A DNA stretch of 64,000 bases from Anaeramoeba ignava BMAN (lineage: Eukaryota; Protista; Anaeramoebae), in assembly GCA_028826165.1 (NCBI GenBank), contig JAPDFW010000080.1, positions 186,001 to 250,000 on the forward strand. The letters run 5' to 3'. The translations under genes and the position numbers were made by a program. How positions within the stretch are numbered: position 1 is the stretch's first letter; the number at the start of each line of letters is the position of its first letter. The notes below the pieces were generated by a model. That model saw nothing but the letters and a program-made list of their open reading frames with translations. It had not been told where the DNA came from and did not search any database. This document shows, one piece after another, positions 1 through 12,263 of this stretch.

Positions 1-1736
1 TAATTTTGGATCTTGATTTGAATTTTCTTTTTGAGAAACTGCTTTAACTTTTATATCAATATAAGCATTTGGACCAAAAAAGTGATTTTCATCTAAAGAA
101 AGTTTCCAATAACTTGCATAACGTCCTGGTTCTTCATGTGCAAAAAATACAAGACTCACATCTTTAAATTCATTTGGAAAAATTTCTCCAACTTCAATTG
201 GTTTTATATCGTGGAAAATATCTCCTGTTTTATAACATAATTTGGTTGTTTTTGGAAGTGGTTCTCGTGATTGGTTCGTTATTCGCCATTTTTGTAGAGA
301 TTGATCTCCTGGTTTTAGTATAAATTTATCTTTCACTAATGTCTCGATTTTCACTGAGAATTCTGTTATTGTTGATTCGTTCATTTGTGTAGAATCTAGT
401 ATTATTCTGTTATCATTATTTTTTGATTTGGATTTTTTGATCTCTATCAAATGAATTATTATTTTAATTTTGATTTTAATTTTGATTTTGATTTTGAATT
501 TGATTTTGATTTTGATTTTGATTTTGATTTTAATTTTAATTTTGATTTTGATTTTGATTTTGATTTTGATTTTAAATTTGATTTTGATTTTGATTTTGAT
601 TTTGATTTTGATTTTGATTTTGAATTTGATTTTGATTTTGAATTTGAATTTGATTTTAATTTTGATTTTGATTTTGATTTTGATTTTGATTTTGATTTTG
701 ATTTAAATTTGATTTAGATTTTGATTTTGAATTTGATTTTGATTTTGATTTTGATTTTGATTTTGATTTTGATTTTGATTTTGATTTTGATTTTAATTTT
801 AATTTTGATTTTGATTTTAATTTTGATTTTGAATTTGATTTTAATTTTAATTTTAATTTTGATTTTGATTTTGATTTATATTTTGATTTTTGATTTTGAT
901 TTTGATTTTGATTTTTGATTTTTGAATTTGATTTTTGATTTTGATTTTGATTTTGATTTTGATTTTTGATTTTTGATTTTGATTTTGATTTTGAATTTTG
1001 ATTTTGATTTTGATTTTGATTTTGATTTTGATTTTGATTTTGATTTTGATTTTGATTTTGATTTTGAATTTGATTTTGATTTTGATTTTTGATTTTGATT
1101 TTGATTTTGATTTTGATTTTTTGATTTTGATTTTTGATTTTGATTTTGATTTTGATTTGATTTTGATTTTTGATTTTTTTAATTTTGATTTTAATTTTGA
1201 TTTTTAATTTTGATTTTATTTTGATTTTGATTTTGATTTCTTTGATTTTTTGATTTTGATTTTGATTTTGATTTTGATTTTGATTTTGATTTTGATTTTG
1301 ATTTTTGATTTTGATTTTGATTTTGATTTTGATTTTGATTTTGATTTTGATTTTGATTTTTGATTTTGATTTTGATTTTGATTTTGATTTTGATTTTGAT
1401 TTTGATTTTGATTTTAATTTTAATTTTGATTTTGATTTTAATTTTAATTTTAATTTTGATTTTAAATTTGGAACTAAAAGAAAAAAAAAAGTTTTGTTTA
1501 ATAAAAAATTTACTAAGAAATAAAATATCAAATTTTGTTAAAGAATCTTTTAAATCACTTTGTTTTGTTATCCTAATCCAATCACCTTCAGAATCCTTAT
1601 AAAAAATAGATTTAATTTCTGAACAAGAAATTAAATTTGAAATTTTTTCAAAAAAATCTTTTAAAGAAATTTCTGAATTAATTTCCGTTGAAAATTCTTG
1701 ATTTTCAAATTGAATAATTGAGGGAATTGCTTGCAT
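1..1736 (-). CDS. NBR1-like autophagy receptor (N-terminal PB1 domain + NBR1 FW/Ig-like domain), 3' end runs off the window; exons 1736-1514 and 443-<1
   Basis: Exon 1 has the PB1 motif IFYKDSEGDWIRI. A GT..AG intron (1513-444) filled with ATTTTG hexamers joins in frame to exon 2, reading ...LKPGDQSLQKWRITNQSREPLPKTTKLCY..., which resembles the NBR1 FW domain. Confidence 0.7.
455..1470. repeat. (ATTTTG/ATTTTA)n hexamer microsatellite filling the NBR1-like intron
   Basis: Directly visible tandem hexamers over ~1 kb; they give rise to the spurious FD/IL/NQ ORFs. Confidence 0.95.
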
Positions 1737-1873
1737 TTTTTATTTATATTTTTATTTCTGTTTTTATTTATGTTCTTATTTGTTTTATTTTGCTTTTTAA
1801 AAAAAGAAAAAAGAAAAAAAATGAAAAAATAAATTTTTATTATTTTTCTTTTTTAAATTCGATTTATTCTTAA

Positions 1874-3294
1874 ATGGAAAATAAAAAATCCTTTAATTTT
1901 AATAAATCTAAAAATTTTCAATTCAAAAAAAGAAATTTTCAATTTAAAAAAAAAAGAAATTCCAAATTTAAAAATCGGAAACTAAAATTTACAGAAGAAA
2001 ATATTAATGATCAAAAAAATAATAAAAAAAATAATATTTCCAATAATACACTTAAAGGAACATGTGAAGAAATGTGTCCTAAAAACGAATATATTCTTAG
2101 AAATAGAATTAAAGATTTTAGTTTTTTCGAAACTGATATAAAAACATTAAATACAAAAACTCCCAAAATGGACATAAATTTGGCTGTAAAAAAATATCCT
2201 AAAACAGGGAAAAAACCTGATCCAAAAAATATAAGAACTTTAGCTACTTTAAATAATACAATGAATTATTTAATTGATAGAATTCTTGATCGAGAAGATC
2301 GATCATTTCATGAAGTTTATTCTTTTCTTCGTGACAGAATTAGAGGTGTTATTCAAGATGTGACTTGCCAAAATATTAGAGGGAAATATGCCATTTCCAT
2401 TTATGAACAAGCGATTAGATTTCGTATAATTTTTTAATTGATATTTTTTGATCCAAAAAAAAATAATTATCAAAATGTTTAATAATTTTTTTTTCTTGTT
2501 TTTTTTTTTGAAATAAAAATATATTTATATAAAAAGATATTTTATCTGATTATGAACTTTGTGAAAGAAATCAAGATGAATTTGATCAAATACAAAATAC
2601 AGATTTAATAATGAAATATTTGATATCTTTGATGGAATTATATGATTTCAACAGAAAAAATAAAGAAAATCAAAATCAAAATCAAAATCAAAATCAAAAT
2701 CAAAATCTAAATCTAAATCAAAATCAAAATCAAAATAATATAAATCAGAATGAAGCAGAATTTAGAGCATATCATTTACTTATTGTTGCAAATTCAACAG
2801 AAATTAATTATTTAAATATTCCAAAAGAAATACTTGTTTCAGAACAATTTCAATTTGCACTTGAAATTTACTCACATTTTCATAATTTAAATTTATTCCA
2901 ATTTTTTAAACTTAAAAATAAATCAACATTTCTTCAAATGTGTTTGATAAATCGATTATCAAATGAATTAAGAATAAATGGAATAAAAATACTGAAAAAA
3001 GCAACATATTATTCAAGATGTAAATGGTTTCCAATTCAAGATCTTTTAGAATTACTTGGATTTGAACAGAAAAAAGAAATGATTATTTTTTTAAATTCAA
3101 TTGGAATCAAAGAAATGGATGAAAAATCTGTAAATATTTATCAATTTAATTCAAATGAAGCTAATTTCCCAGTTTGTTTAAGATTTTTTGATTTCAAATT
3201 ATTGGGATTGAAAAGAAGTGATATTATAAAGAAAGAATATAAGATAATAATTTCTTCAAAGATGAAATGGATTGAAGAAAATTCCATTTTTTGA
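1874..3294 (+). CDS. SAC3/GANP family protein (~435 aa); exons 1874-2423, 2537-3294
   Basis: Motifs GTCEEMCP..E, AVKKY, FLRDRIR..QD and EAEFRAY. The GT-AG intron 2424-2536 restores IRFHIL, and the total CDS length is divisible by 3. Confidence 0.85.
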
Positions 3295-3400
3295 AAAGAA
3301 AATAAAGAATAATATTAAATATTAGAATTGTGAATGAATTTTTAATTTTTAATTTGAAAAAAAAAAGAAAAAAAAAAGAAGAAGATTAAGTTATTAATTT

Positions 3401-5182
3401 TTAAATGAAATAAGTTTCAAGTTCTTCAACTTTCCATTTATGATAGGAACCAGCTAGATAATTATTAGCAGGAATAGTTCCATGACGAATTCCATCAGGG
3501 AGATTATAACTACAACCAAAATGAGCCCAACCAGGTTGCAAATCAGTACTTAAAAAAATATCACCTTGACTTGAATAACCGAAATTAGGTCCATATTTTG
3601 AGTTATATCGAATAGCTGTTTCTTCATATCCCTTTTTGATTGTGAATTTCTCAGGGTTTCTATTATTTTTATCATTTCTGAGCGTAAAAATGAATGCATT
3701 TGAATCAACAACATATCCCGCTAAAGATTGAGTAGATCTTGTATCTTTTTTCCATTTTGATTTGTCTGTTGTCCATCCAACTTCTGTAAATCCCCCAAAA
3801 ACAAAATTATCTGTTGTTTTGATGATCACTAATGTTTTTCCTTTGTTGTCGCAAATTTCATGCCATTTTTGTGAATCAAATCCGTCTCTTTTTGCGGAAT
3901 ATCCTAATTTCATTTTGGAAAAGAACACATCATCATTGATCCATTCTTTTAATTTCTTGAAATGCTCTTTTTCTTGAACTATTGATGATTTGAATTTGAG
4001 TCTGAATCGTGATTTGAAGATGAGACAATTTTGAATTTGAATTTGAATTTGATTTTGAATTTGATTTTGATTTTGATTTTGATTTTGATTTTGATTTTGA
4101 TTTTGATTTTGATTTAGATTTTGAATTTGATTTTGATTTTGATTTTGATTTTGATTTAGATTTTGAATTTGATTTTGAATTTGAATTTGATTTAGATTTT
4201 GAATTTGATTTTGATTTTGATTTTGATTTTGATTTTGATTTTGAATTTGATTTATATTTAGATTTTGATTTAGATTTAGATTTAGATTTTGATTTTGATT
4301 TTGATTTAGATTTATATTTAGATTTAGATTTTGATTTTCTTTTTCTTTTTGGAGAAATTCCTGTAATTCCTTTTTATTTTCTGGAGTATTTCGGAAAAAT
4401 TGATATTGAGTTAATTTTTTTGAAATTTCGATTGGAAGGATATCTTCTTTCAAAGTTAAATCAAGTTCCTTTCTTGAAAAATCAATAAACCGAATTTTGG
4501 TGATAATATTTGAGAGCCGATCTTGTATTTTCTCGTTACCTTTTTGGAGAGTCGTATTGATTTTATTTTTCCCCCATTTGATTAATGCTTGAAAAAGCTC
4601 AAATTCATAAGTTTGAATTTCATCATTTGATAAAATGAAATTTAAATGTTTTTCTTCAAGTCCAAGAAAAAATGGAGTTTTGATAAATTCATTCAAATTT
4701 TCCAAGATGAATTGATAAGAAGAAAGTGTTAAACGAGATAAGTTCATTGATTCGGATAATTTAAGAATATCAACAACAGTTTCAAATTGCAATATTTTTT
4801 TGATAAAATTCAAAGAAAATTCAATTAGTTCCTCAATTAGATATCTTGAAGAAAAAACCAAAATCTCAATTGCATTTTCTAAATTAATATTAATTTTTCC
4901 TGAATAAAAGTAATTCAGAATTGAGGGGATAATTGGAGTTGAATAATCTTGTAAAATCAATTTGTTTTCTTTGAAATTTTCGGTTTTTGAATTGAAAAGA
5001 GATTTAAAATATTGACTTCTTGAAGAAAGAATTGATTTGTGGCATTTGAATGAAATTTGTTTTACTTCTTTGTTTTGTTGGCAAACTATTTCAAAATCAA
5101 AATGGTTTTCTTGTTGATTTTGGTTTTGGAATAAATTTTTGAAATCGTTAGAGAGTTTTTCTAAATTTGAATAAGTTTGCAT
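3401..5182 (-). CDS. BTB-BACK-TLDc domain protein with NQ low-complexity linker
   Basis: BTB motif FKCHKSILSSRSQYFKSLF, BACK motif ELFQALIKW, TLDc motifs YSAKRDGF..WHEICDNKGKT..FGGFT..GPNFG..ELETY. Confidence 0.9.
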   Translation of the reverse strand: MQTYSNLEKLSNDFKNLFQNQNQQENHFDFEIVCQQNKEVKQISFKCHKSILSSRSQYFKSLFNSKTENFKENKLILQDYSTPIIPSILNYFYSGKININLENAIEILVFSSRYLIEELIEFSLNFIKKILQFETVVDILKLSESMNLSRLTLSSYQFILENLNEFIKTPFFLGLEEKHLNFILSNDEIQTYEFELFQALIKWGKNKINTTLQKGNEKIQDRLSNIITKIRFIDFSRKELDLTLKEDILPIEISKKLTQYQFFRNTPENKKELQEFLQKEKENQNLNLNINLNQNQNQNLNLNLNQNLNINQIQNQNQNQNQNQNQIQNLNQIQIQNQIQNLNQNQNQNQNQIQNLNQNQNQNQNQNQNQNQNQIQNQIQIQIQNCLIFKSRFRLKFKSSIVQEKEHFKKLKEWINDDVFFSKMKLGYSAKRDGFDSQKWHEICDNKGKTLVIIKTTDNFVFGGFTEVGWTTDKSKWKKDTRSTQSLAGYVVDSNAFIFTLRNDKNNRNPEKFTIKKGYEETAIRYNSKYGPNFGYSSQGDIFLSTDLQPGWAHFGCSYNLPDGIRHGTIPANNYLAGSYHKWKVEELETYFI

Positions 5183-5472
5183 TTTTGGTTTGGCAAAGAA
5201 AAAAGAAAAAAGAAAAAAGAAAAAGAAAAAGAAAAAGATTTGGTTTATTTTTTTTTTTTGATAAAAATGAAAATGAAAATGAAAATGAAAATGAAAATGA
5301 AAATGAAAAAAAATTTTGTTTTGTTTTGTTTTGTTTTGTTTTGTTTTATTTTTTGTTTTTTATTTGTTTTGAATGTTTAATTTTGATTTGTATTTTGATT
5401 GGTAATAATTATTAAGAAACAAAAAGAAAAAGAAAAAGAAAAAGAAAAAGAAAAAAACGGATTTTTTGGATT

Positions 5473-7018
5473 TTATTTGAGATCGTTAAAATAGGAATGT
5501 TTCATAGCTTCATTTGCAGAAAGTCTTTTTGAATGATCATAAACAAGAAGACGAGAAAGAAGATCAACAGCATCAGAAGAACAAAGATGAGAATTAGAAT
5601 CTGAAATGAAGGAAGACCATTCCTTTTTTGGAAAAGCCTTCAATTTAGAAGAGTATTGTTGAGGAAGTTTAATTTTGAATTTTTCAAGATATTCAAAAAA
5701 TTCTTCAGTTCCAAGAATTTTATTAATTTGTTCAAGTTGATCGTTATTGTCAGATCCTTTAAAAAGTGGAATTGTACGAAAAATGATAGAACCAAGTAAA
5801 CAACCAAAAGCCCACATATCAACGGAATAATCGTAACGAGTGAACCCAGCAAGAAGCTCTGGGGCCTTGAAGTATCTTGAGGCAACACGGACGTTGTACT
5901 CCTTACCGGGGTGGTAGAACTCAGCTAAGCCCCAGTCGATGATGCGCAAGACATCCTTGCTTGGGTTATACATGATGTTATGCGGCTTGATGTCGCGGTG
6001 CATGATGCCATGTGAGTGGGCATATTCAATGGCTTTTAGGACTTCAAATAAATATTTTTTTGCTTGATGATCAGTGAAATTGTCATATAACTCTTTGTAA
6101 TCCTCATTTTCTAAATGTTCCAGAATTAGTGCTCGTGTGGAGCAATGTTCGTCACGAACAATGTCGATTAGTTCTACTATATTGGGTCCGCCTCTTAGGT
6201 TCTCTAAAACTTTCACTTCTCTTTTCATTTTGTTTTTTCTTACTGGTTTTAATGCTTTAATTATGCATTTATTTCCTGTTGTTTTGTCAAATCCTTCAAA
6301 TACATCGCTGTATTTCCCTCTTCCAACATAATCATTTATCTCAAAGTTTGATGTTTTCCCCCATTTTATTGAATAGTTCTCGTAATCCCAATAATCTTTT
6401 GGTTGTTGAGTATTCACATCCGGATACACTCTTGAAACATCTATTTTCCAAATTATATATTTATTTACATATTTATTTATATATTTATTTATATATTTAT
6501 TTATATATTTATTTATTAATTTATTTATATAATTATTTATATATTTATTTATATAATTATTTATATAATTATTTATATATTTATTTATATATTTATTTAT
6601 ATATTTATTTATATATTTATTTATAAATTTATTTATATATTTATTTATATAATTATTTATATATCTATATATTTATTTATATATCTATATATTTATTTAT
6701 ATATCTATATATTTATTTATATATTAATTTATATATTTATTTATATATTTATTTATATAATTATTTATATATTTATTTATATATTTATTTATATATTTAT
6801 TTATATATTTATTTATATATTTATTTATATATTTATTTATACATTTATTTATTTATTTATTTATATATTTATTTATATATTTATTTATATATTAATTTAT
6901 ATATTTATTTATAAATTTATTTATAAATTTATTTATTAATTTATTTATATATTTATTTATTAATTTATTTATATATTTATTTAGAAATCAATCTTAATTC
7001 TAATTTCTTACACATCAT
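5473..7018 (-). CDS. CSNK2A: Casein kinase II catalytic alpha subunit (~324 aa); 7-nt first exon 7018-7012, second exon 6440-5473
   Basis: [41 protein letters not shown]. Splicing ATGATGT|GTAAGA...AAATAG|ATGTTTCAAGA gives [12 protein letters not shown], matching the CK2 SRVY.DVN N-terminus. Confidence 0.93.
6455..6985. repeat. 12-bp (ATATTTATTTAT)-type minisatellite in the CK2 intron
   Basis: Visible tandem 12-mers. Confidence 0.9.
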
Positions 7019-7140
7019 TTTTTTTAGCTTTAAATTTTAATTGAGTTTTTTTTTTGTAAATTGTTTAATTAAAAAAGGGAAAAAAAATGAAAAAAATGAA
7101 AAATTTATTTTTTATTTTCTTTTTTTTTATTTAAATAAAA

Positions 7141-8775
7141 ATGTTAAATCAAACATTTTCAAATTATAATAAACTTTCTGAAGATCTAAAACAACTCTTA
7201 TCAACATCTAACAGAGAAAATAAATACAGTGATTTTGAAATTATCATTTCACAAGCACAAAAAACACAGAAAACAAACACAGAATTCAAAAAAACAATTT
7301 TTAAATGTCACCGTTCAATTTTAAGTATAAGAAGTGAATATTTTCAAGGTTTATTTCGAAGTGGAATGAAGGAATCCCAAGAAGGCTGTGTAGAATTGCA
7401 TTCTATTTCTCCAGAAATAATGGAATCTATTCTTGGTTTTATTTATACAGGAAACATCAAAATTACTCATGATGACGCACTGGAAATTTTAATTGCTTTT
7501 CGACAGCTATTGATTCTTGATGAAAATTTATTTGATTTTCTTATAAACTATATAAAAACAAATTTGGATTGCAATAATGTTTTACAAGTTTTGAGTTTTG
7601 CTCAGAATTTTAATTTTGTTGATCTTTATAATATTTGCTTTGATTTTATTAAAGAAAACATTCTTGGTTTAATTCAATCACAAGAATTTTTACATTTCAA
7701 TCCTGAATTATTAAAAAATGTTCTTGAATCAGATGATTTAAGAATTGTGGAAGAAATGGATTTGTTTAATGCACTTGTTAATTGGGGAAAAAATCAGGAA
7801 TTATTAAATCCGATTGTTGATTCTATTAATTCTGAAAAGAGTCTGAAAAAAAGAATTCAGGATTTTATATATTTGATTCGTTTTTGTGATATTGATCAGG
7901 ATAATATGAAGCAAATATATGAAAATAAATTAGTATCAAAAAAGATTAAGGAAGAGATTAAAAAATATGAAGAAAATAAAAATCAAAATGAAAATGAAAA
8001 TGAAAATAAAAATCAAAATGAAAATGAAAATCAAAATATAAATCAAAATGAAAATGAAAATCAAAATGAAAATGAAAATCAAAATCAAAATCAAAATCAA
8101 ATTGAAAATCAAAATCAAAATCAAAATCAAAATCAAAATATAAATAAAATGTTTTATTCAAGAAAAATTCTTGCAAATATAAGCTCGATTCTAAAAAATA
8201 TTGAAAACAAATATCATCGCATTCTTAGAGTATGGATTAATAACGATGATTTTCTAAAAAATATAGAATTAGTATATTCAGCAAAAAGAGATGGTTTTAA
8301 TGGATTAGCGTTTCATTCACGTTGTGATGGAAGAGGAAAATCACTTGTATTATATAAAACAGTGAGTGGTTTTATTTTTGGAGGATTTACAAATAAAGGA
8401 TGGTCAAAATCAGCAGATAAAAATAATGCTTCAAGATATATTACTGACAAACATGCATTTATATTCAGCTTGAAAAGTGGAAAAGATCCAAATAGAAAAC
8501 CCCAAAAATTCTGTATAAAAAAAGGTTATGAAGACGGTGCTATTTTTTATGGAATGGATCATGGTCCGCAATTTAGTATTGATATTGGCTTATATCAAAA
8601 TGAAAGAAATCCCTCAAAAAATTATAATATTTTGTTCTCAAGATTTGGATACCGTTATGAATTACCAGAAGGTTTTAAAGAAAATGGAAAGGAAGCTCAA
8701 TGTTATTTTGCTGGAAAAGAAAATGATTGGGGTTTATTAGAAATTGAAGTTTTCCAAGAAAAGATTCAAAAATGA
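7141..8775 (+). CDS. BTB-BACK-TLDc domain protein
   Basis: FKCHRSILSIRSEYFQGLFRSGMKES, EMDLFNALVNWG, YSAKRDGFNGLAFHSRCDGRG..FGGFT..EIEVF. Confidence 0.9.
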   Translation: MLNQTFSNYNKLSEDLKQLLSTSNRENKYSDFEIIISQAQKTQKTNTEFKKTIFKCHRSILSIRSEYFQGLFRSGMKESQEGCVELHSISPEIMESILGFIYTGNIKITHDDALEILIAFRQLLILDENLFDFLINYIKTNLDCNNVLQVLSFAQNFNFVDLYNICFDFIKENILGLIQSQEFLHFNPELLKNVLESDDLRIVEEMDLFNALVNWGKNQELLNPIVDSINSEKSLKKRIQDFIYLIRFCDIDQDNMKQIYENKLVSKKIKEEIKKYEENKNQNENENENKNQNENENQNINQNENENQNENENQNQNQNQIENQNQNQNQNQNINKMFYSRKILANISSILKNIENKYHRILRVWINNDDFLKNIELVYSAKRDGFNGLAFHSRCDGRGKSLVLYKTVSGFIFGGFTNKGWSKSADKNNASRYITDKHAFIFSLKSGKDPNRKPQKFCIKKGYEDGAIFYGMDHGPQFSIDIGLYQNERNPSKNYNILFSRFGYRYELPEGFKENGKEAQCYFAGKENDWGLLEIEVFQEKIQK

Positions 8776-8810
8776 AAAATAAAAATAATTAAAATCACTT
8801 TTGATTTTGT

Positions 8811-11223
8811 TTAAATAAAATGTTTTCCATTCAATTTCTTAAGTCGATTTTCGCAAATAATAACACATTTAATCAAAGGAAACCATTTCATTTTTGAAAT
8901 CTTTAAGATCTTTCTTAAATTAAAATAAAATTCTTCTTCTTTTTCTTCTTTTTCTTCTTCTTTTTCTTTTTGAAAATTTAAAAAGATTTGATAAACTTCA
9001 ATAAATTTTTCAATTCCAAGATTTTTTTCAATATAATAACGAACTTTTTCAAGTTTATTAAAAATAGTATCTGAATCTGTTATTCCAATTATTTTCATTT
9101 CTTCCTCAATTCCATATTTTTCTTCTCCATTTTTTAAGGAAATTCGATATTGATTCCCATAATTTAATGCTTGTTTTATTGCATTAACAAATTCTTTATC
9201 AAGATTTTTTTTGTAATTTAATTTTGAATTTGATTTTGGATTTGGAATTGGAATTGAATTTAAATTTGAAATTGAAATATTGCTTTCTTTTGTTTTCAAA
9301 GAAGAAAATCCATAATCTTCTTCAATTTTCTTTTTAAAAAGATTAATTTTGTTCATTTGTTTTTCCTCCTCTTTTTCATTTGATTTTTTTTCTTGTATTT
9401 TAATTTCATTCTTTTTCTTTTGGTAATATTTTTTGGGATTTGAATTCAAATCATTTTGAAATTTTTGATTGAGTAAAAATGGATTTTCTTTTTTAAATTT
9501 GAATTGATTTTCTTTTTTAATTTGGAATTGATTTTCTTTTTTAGATTTGAATTGATTTTCTTTTTTAAATTGGAATTGATTTTCTTTTTTAGATTTGAAT
9601 TGATTTTCTTTTTTAAATTGGAATTGATTTTCTTTTTTAAATTGGAATTGATTTTCTTTTTTAAATTGGAATTGATTTTCTTTTTTAAATTGGAATTGAT
9701 TTTTTTTGGGATAATGATCAACAACAGAAGGATTTGAATGAGAATTTTGTTTTAAATCTAAAAGAGAAATTGGTTGATTTTGATTTTGATTTTGATTTTG
9801 ATATTGATATTCATTTTTTGATCTTAATTTTTGTTTTTGATTTGGTTCTGATTTATGTTTTTTTAAATATAGGAAACTATTTTCAATAAAATCTTCTTGA
9901 CTTCTAGATAATTTTCTTTCTCTTTTTTCAATATTTTGATTTTGAATTTGATTTTGAATAATTTTTGGATGAGAATCTAAACTTTGAAGAAGATTATTAG
10001 AGTCTTCAAACCAAGAAGGTGATTGAAAAAGCATATCTAAGTTATTTTGATTTTGATTTTGATTTTGATTTTGATTTTGATTTTGATTTTGATTTTGATT
10101 TTGATTTTGATTTTGATTTTCAAATTGATTTTGAAATTGATTTTCATTTTGATTTTGATTTTCATTTTCTTCAAGATCATCAGAAGTGAATCTGATCCTA
10201 TTAATTGAAGATTGAGGAAGTAAATTAATTTTTTCTTGAATAAAAGAAGAATTTAGAATTTGATCAATAGAAGGTCTTTTATCTTCATTTTTAGATAAAA
10301 GAGAATCAACTAAAGAAATCAAAGATTTTGAATAAATTTTTGGTAAAGGAGGATATTTAGAACGAAGAATTTTAAGAACTAGATCATACATATTTTTAGC
10401 TTGGAAAGCATGTTTTAAAGAGCAAATTTCATAAAGAACAACTCCCATTGACCAAATATCACTTTTATAAGAATAAGCTTTATTTCTACAAATTTCGGGA
10501 CTTAAATAAAAAGGTGTTCCAATTATTGTTTTTGCTCTTTCAAATGTATTTTTCAAAATTCTACTTATCCCAAAATCTCCTATTTTGATTGTATTTTTTG
10601 ATGATAAAAAAATATTTGCTGATTTCAAATCTCGATGAATTATTTTGTGATCATGAATATGTTTTAATCCAAGTGCTATTTGAATAAAGATGTTCATTAT
10701 TTCTTCTTCTGTAAAATAATTTTCAGTTTTTTGTCTTTTTTTAATTTGTTCTCTAAGATCACCAGATGAAGCATATTCCATAACTAAACAAAATTGAGAT
10801 TTTTTTTTATCATAAAAAGTGTCATAATCTAATTAAATTTAAAAAGAATTATTTTTAAATAAGATCTAATTGATTTTTAAAAAGATCTAATTGATTATAT
10901 TTTTTAAAAAGAATTATTTTTAAAAAGAATTATTTGATTATATTTTTTAAATAAGATCTAATTGATTAAATTTGGATCAATTTGATCAAATCTTTTTTTT
11001 ATTTCTTTTATTTATTTGGGATTTTACATGCAATTATATTTGGATGATGAAGCATTCTTAATATTTTTGCTTCTTTTTTTGTGTTTTCACATTCTATTTT
11101 AGTCATATTTTTTGTATCAATTTGTTTTATAACACATCTTTCTCCTGTTTTATTATTTCTAACAAGATAAACAACTCCATAAGCACCTTTTCCAAGTTTA
11201 CTTTCAATTGTATAATTTTCCAT
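8811..11223 (-). CDS. NEK/NIMA family Ser/Thr kinase (~737 aa); exons 11223-11028, 10828-8811
   Basis: GKGAYG, HRDLKSANIFL, DFGISR, IGTPFYLSPE. The C-terminal LE..R.Y.E..LG.E.F.EVY motif is as in NEK1/4/11-type kinases. The GT-AG intron 11027-10829 joins in frame. Confidence 0.9.
9480..9705 (-). repeat. 24-bp coding tandem repeat (NQFQFKKE)n, ~9 copies, in the NEK tail
   Basis: Seen in the translation: KKENQFQF repeats. Confidence 0.9.
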
Positions 11224-11269
11224 TTAAATTTATAAAAACAAATAATGATTGAAAAATGAAAAATTAAAA

Positions 11270-12135
11270 AATCAAAAAAAGTGGAATAAATTTAAAAATA
11301 AATTTAAAAATAAAATGATGAAATTTCTTTGTAAATTGAAATCAAAATAAATCAAAAAAAAAAAGTGGAATAAATTTAAAAATAAATTTAGAAAGAAATT
11401 TAAAAATAATTTTAAAAATAAATTGTTGAAATTTTTTTTTAAATTGAAATCAAAATAAATCAAAAAAAAAAGTGGAATAAATTTAAAAATAAATTTAAAA
11501 ATAAATTTAAAAATAAATTTAAAAATAAATTTAAAAATAAATTTAGAAATAAATTTAAAAATAAATTTAAAAATAAATTGATGAAATTTCTTTGTAAATT
11601 GAAATCAAAATAAATCAAAAAAAAAAAGTGGAATAAATTTAGAAATAAATTTAAAAATAAATTTAAAAATAAATTTAAAAATAAATTTAAAAATAAATCA
11701 AAAAAAAAAGTGGAATAAATTTAAAAATAAATTTAAAAATAAATTTAAAAATAAATTTAAAAATAAATTTAAAAATAAATTTAAAAATAAATTTAAAAAT
11801 AAATTTAAAAATAAATTTAAAAATAAATTTAAAAATAAATTTAAAAATAAATTTAAAAATAAATTTAGAAATAAATTTAGGAATAAATTTAAAAATAAAT
11901 TTAAAAATAAATTGATGAAATTTCTTTGTAAATTGAAATCAAAATAAATCAAAAAAAAAAGTGGAATAAATTTAGAAATAAATTTAAGAATAAATGAAGA
12001 AATTTAAAAATAAATTTAAAAATAAATTTAGAAAGAAATTTAAAAATAAATTTAGAAAGAAATTTAAAAATAAATTTAGGAATAAATTTAAAAAGAAATT
12101 TAAAAATAAAATGATGAAATTTCTTTGTAAATTTG
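11270..12135. repeat. Higher-order intergenic repeat: ~55-bp units separated by variable arrays of AAAAATAAATTT
   Basis: The unit GATGAAATTTCTTTGTAAATTGAAATCAAAATAAATCAAAAAAAAAAAGTGGAAT recurs near 11317, 11430 (degenerate), 11580 and 11914, with partial copies near 11695 and 12113. Confidence 0.85.
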
Positions 12136-12263
12136 TTGACAAATTGAAAAAAAAAAGTGAAAGAAATTTTTTTTCATTTTTTCATTTTTTCATTTTTTCA
12201 TTTTTCTTTTTTTTTTTAATTTATAAATAAAAAAAAATTATCAATTAGTTCATTAATTAAGAA

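Noticed and set aside
451-1602. ORFs of poly-IL, FD, KS, KI and NQ
   Set aside because: They are reading frames through a stop-free hexamer microsatellite inside the NBR1-like intron.
11270-12135. CRISPR-like alternation of a constant unit and spacers
   Set aside because: The spacers are themselves tandem 12-mers, there are no cas genes, and the context is eukaryotic.
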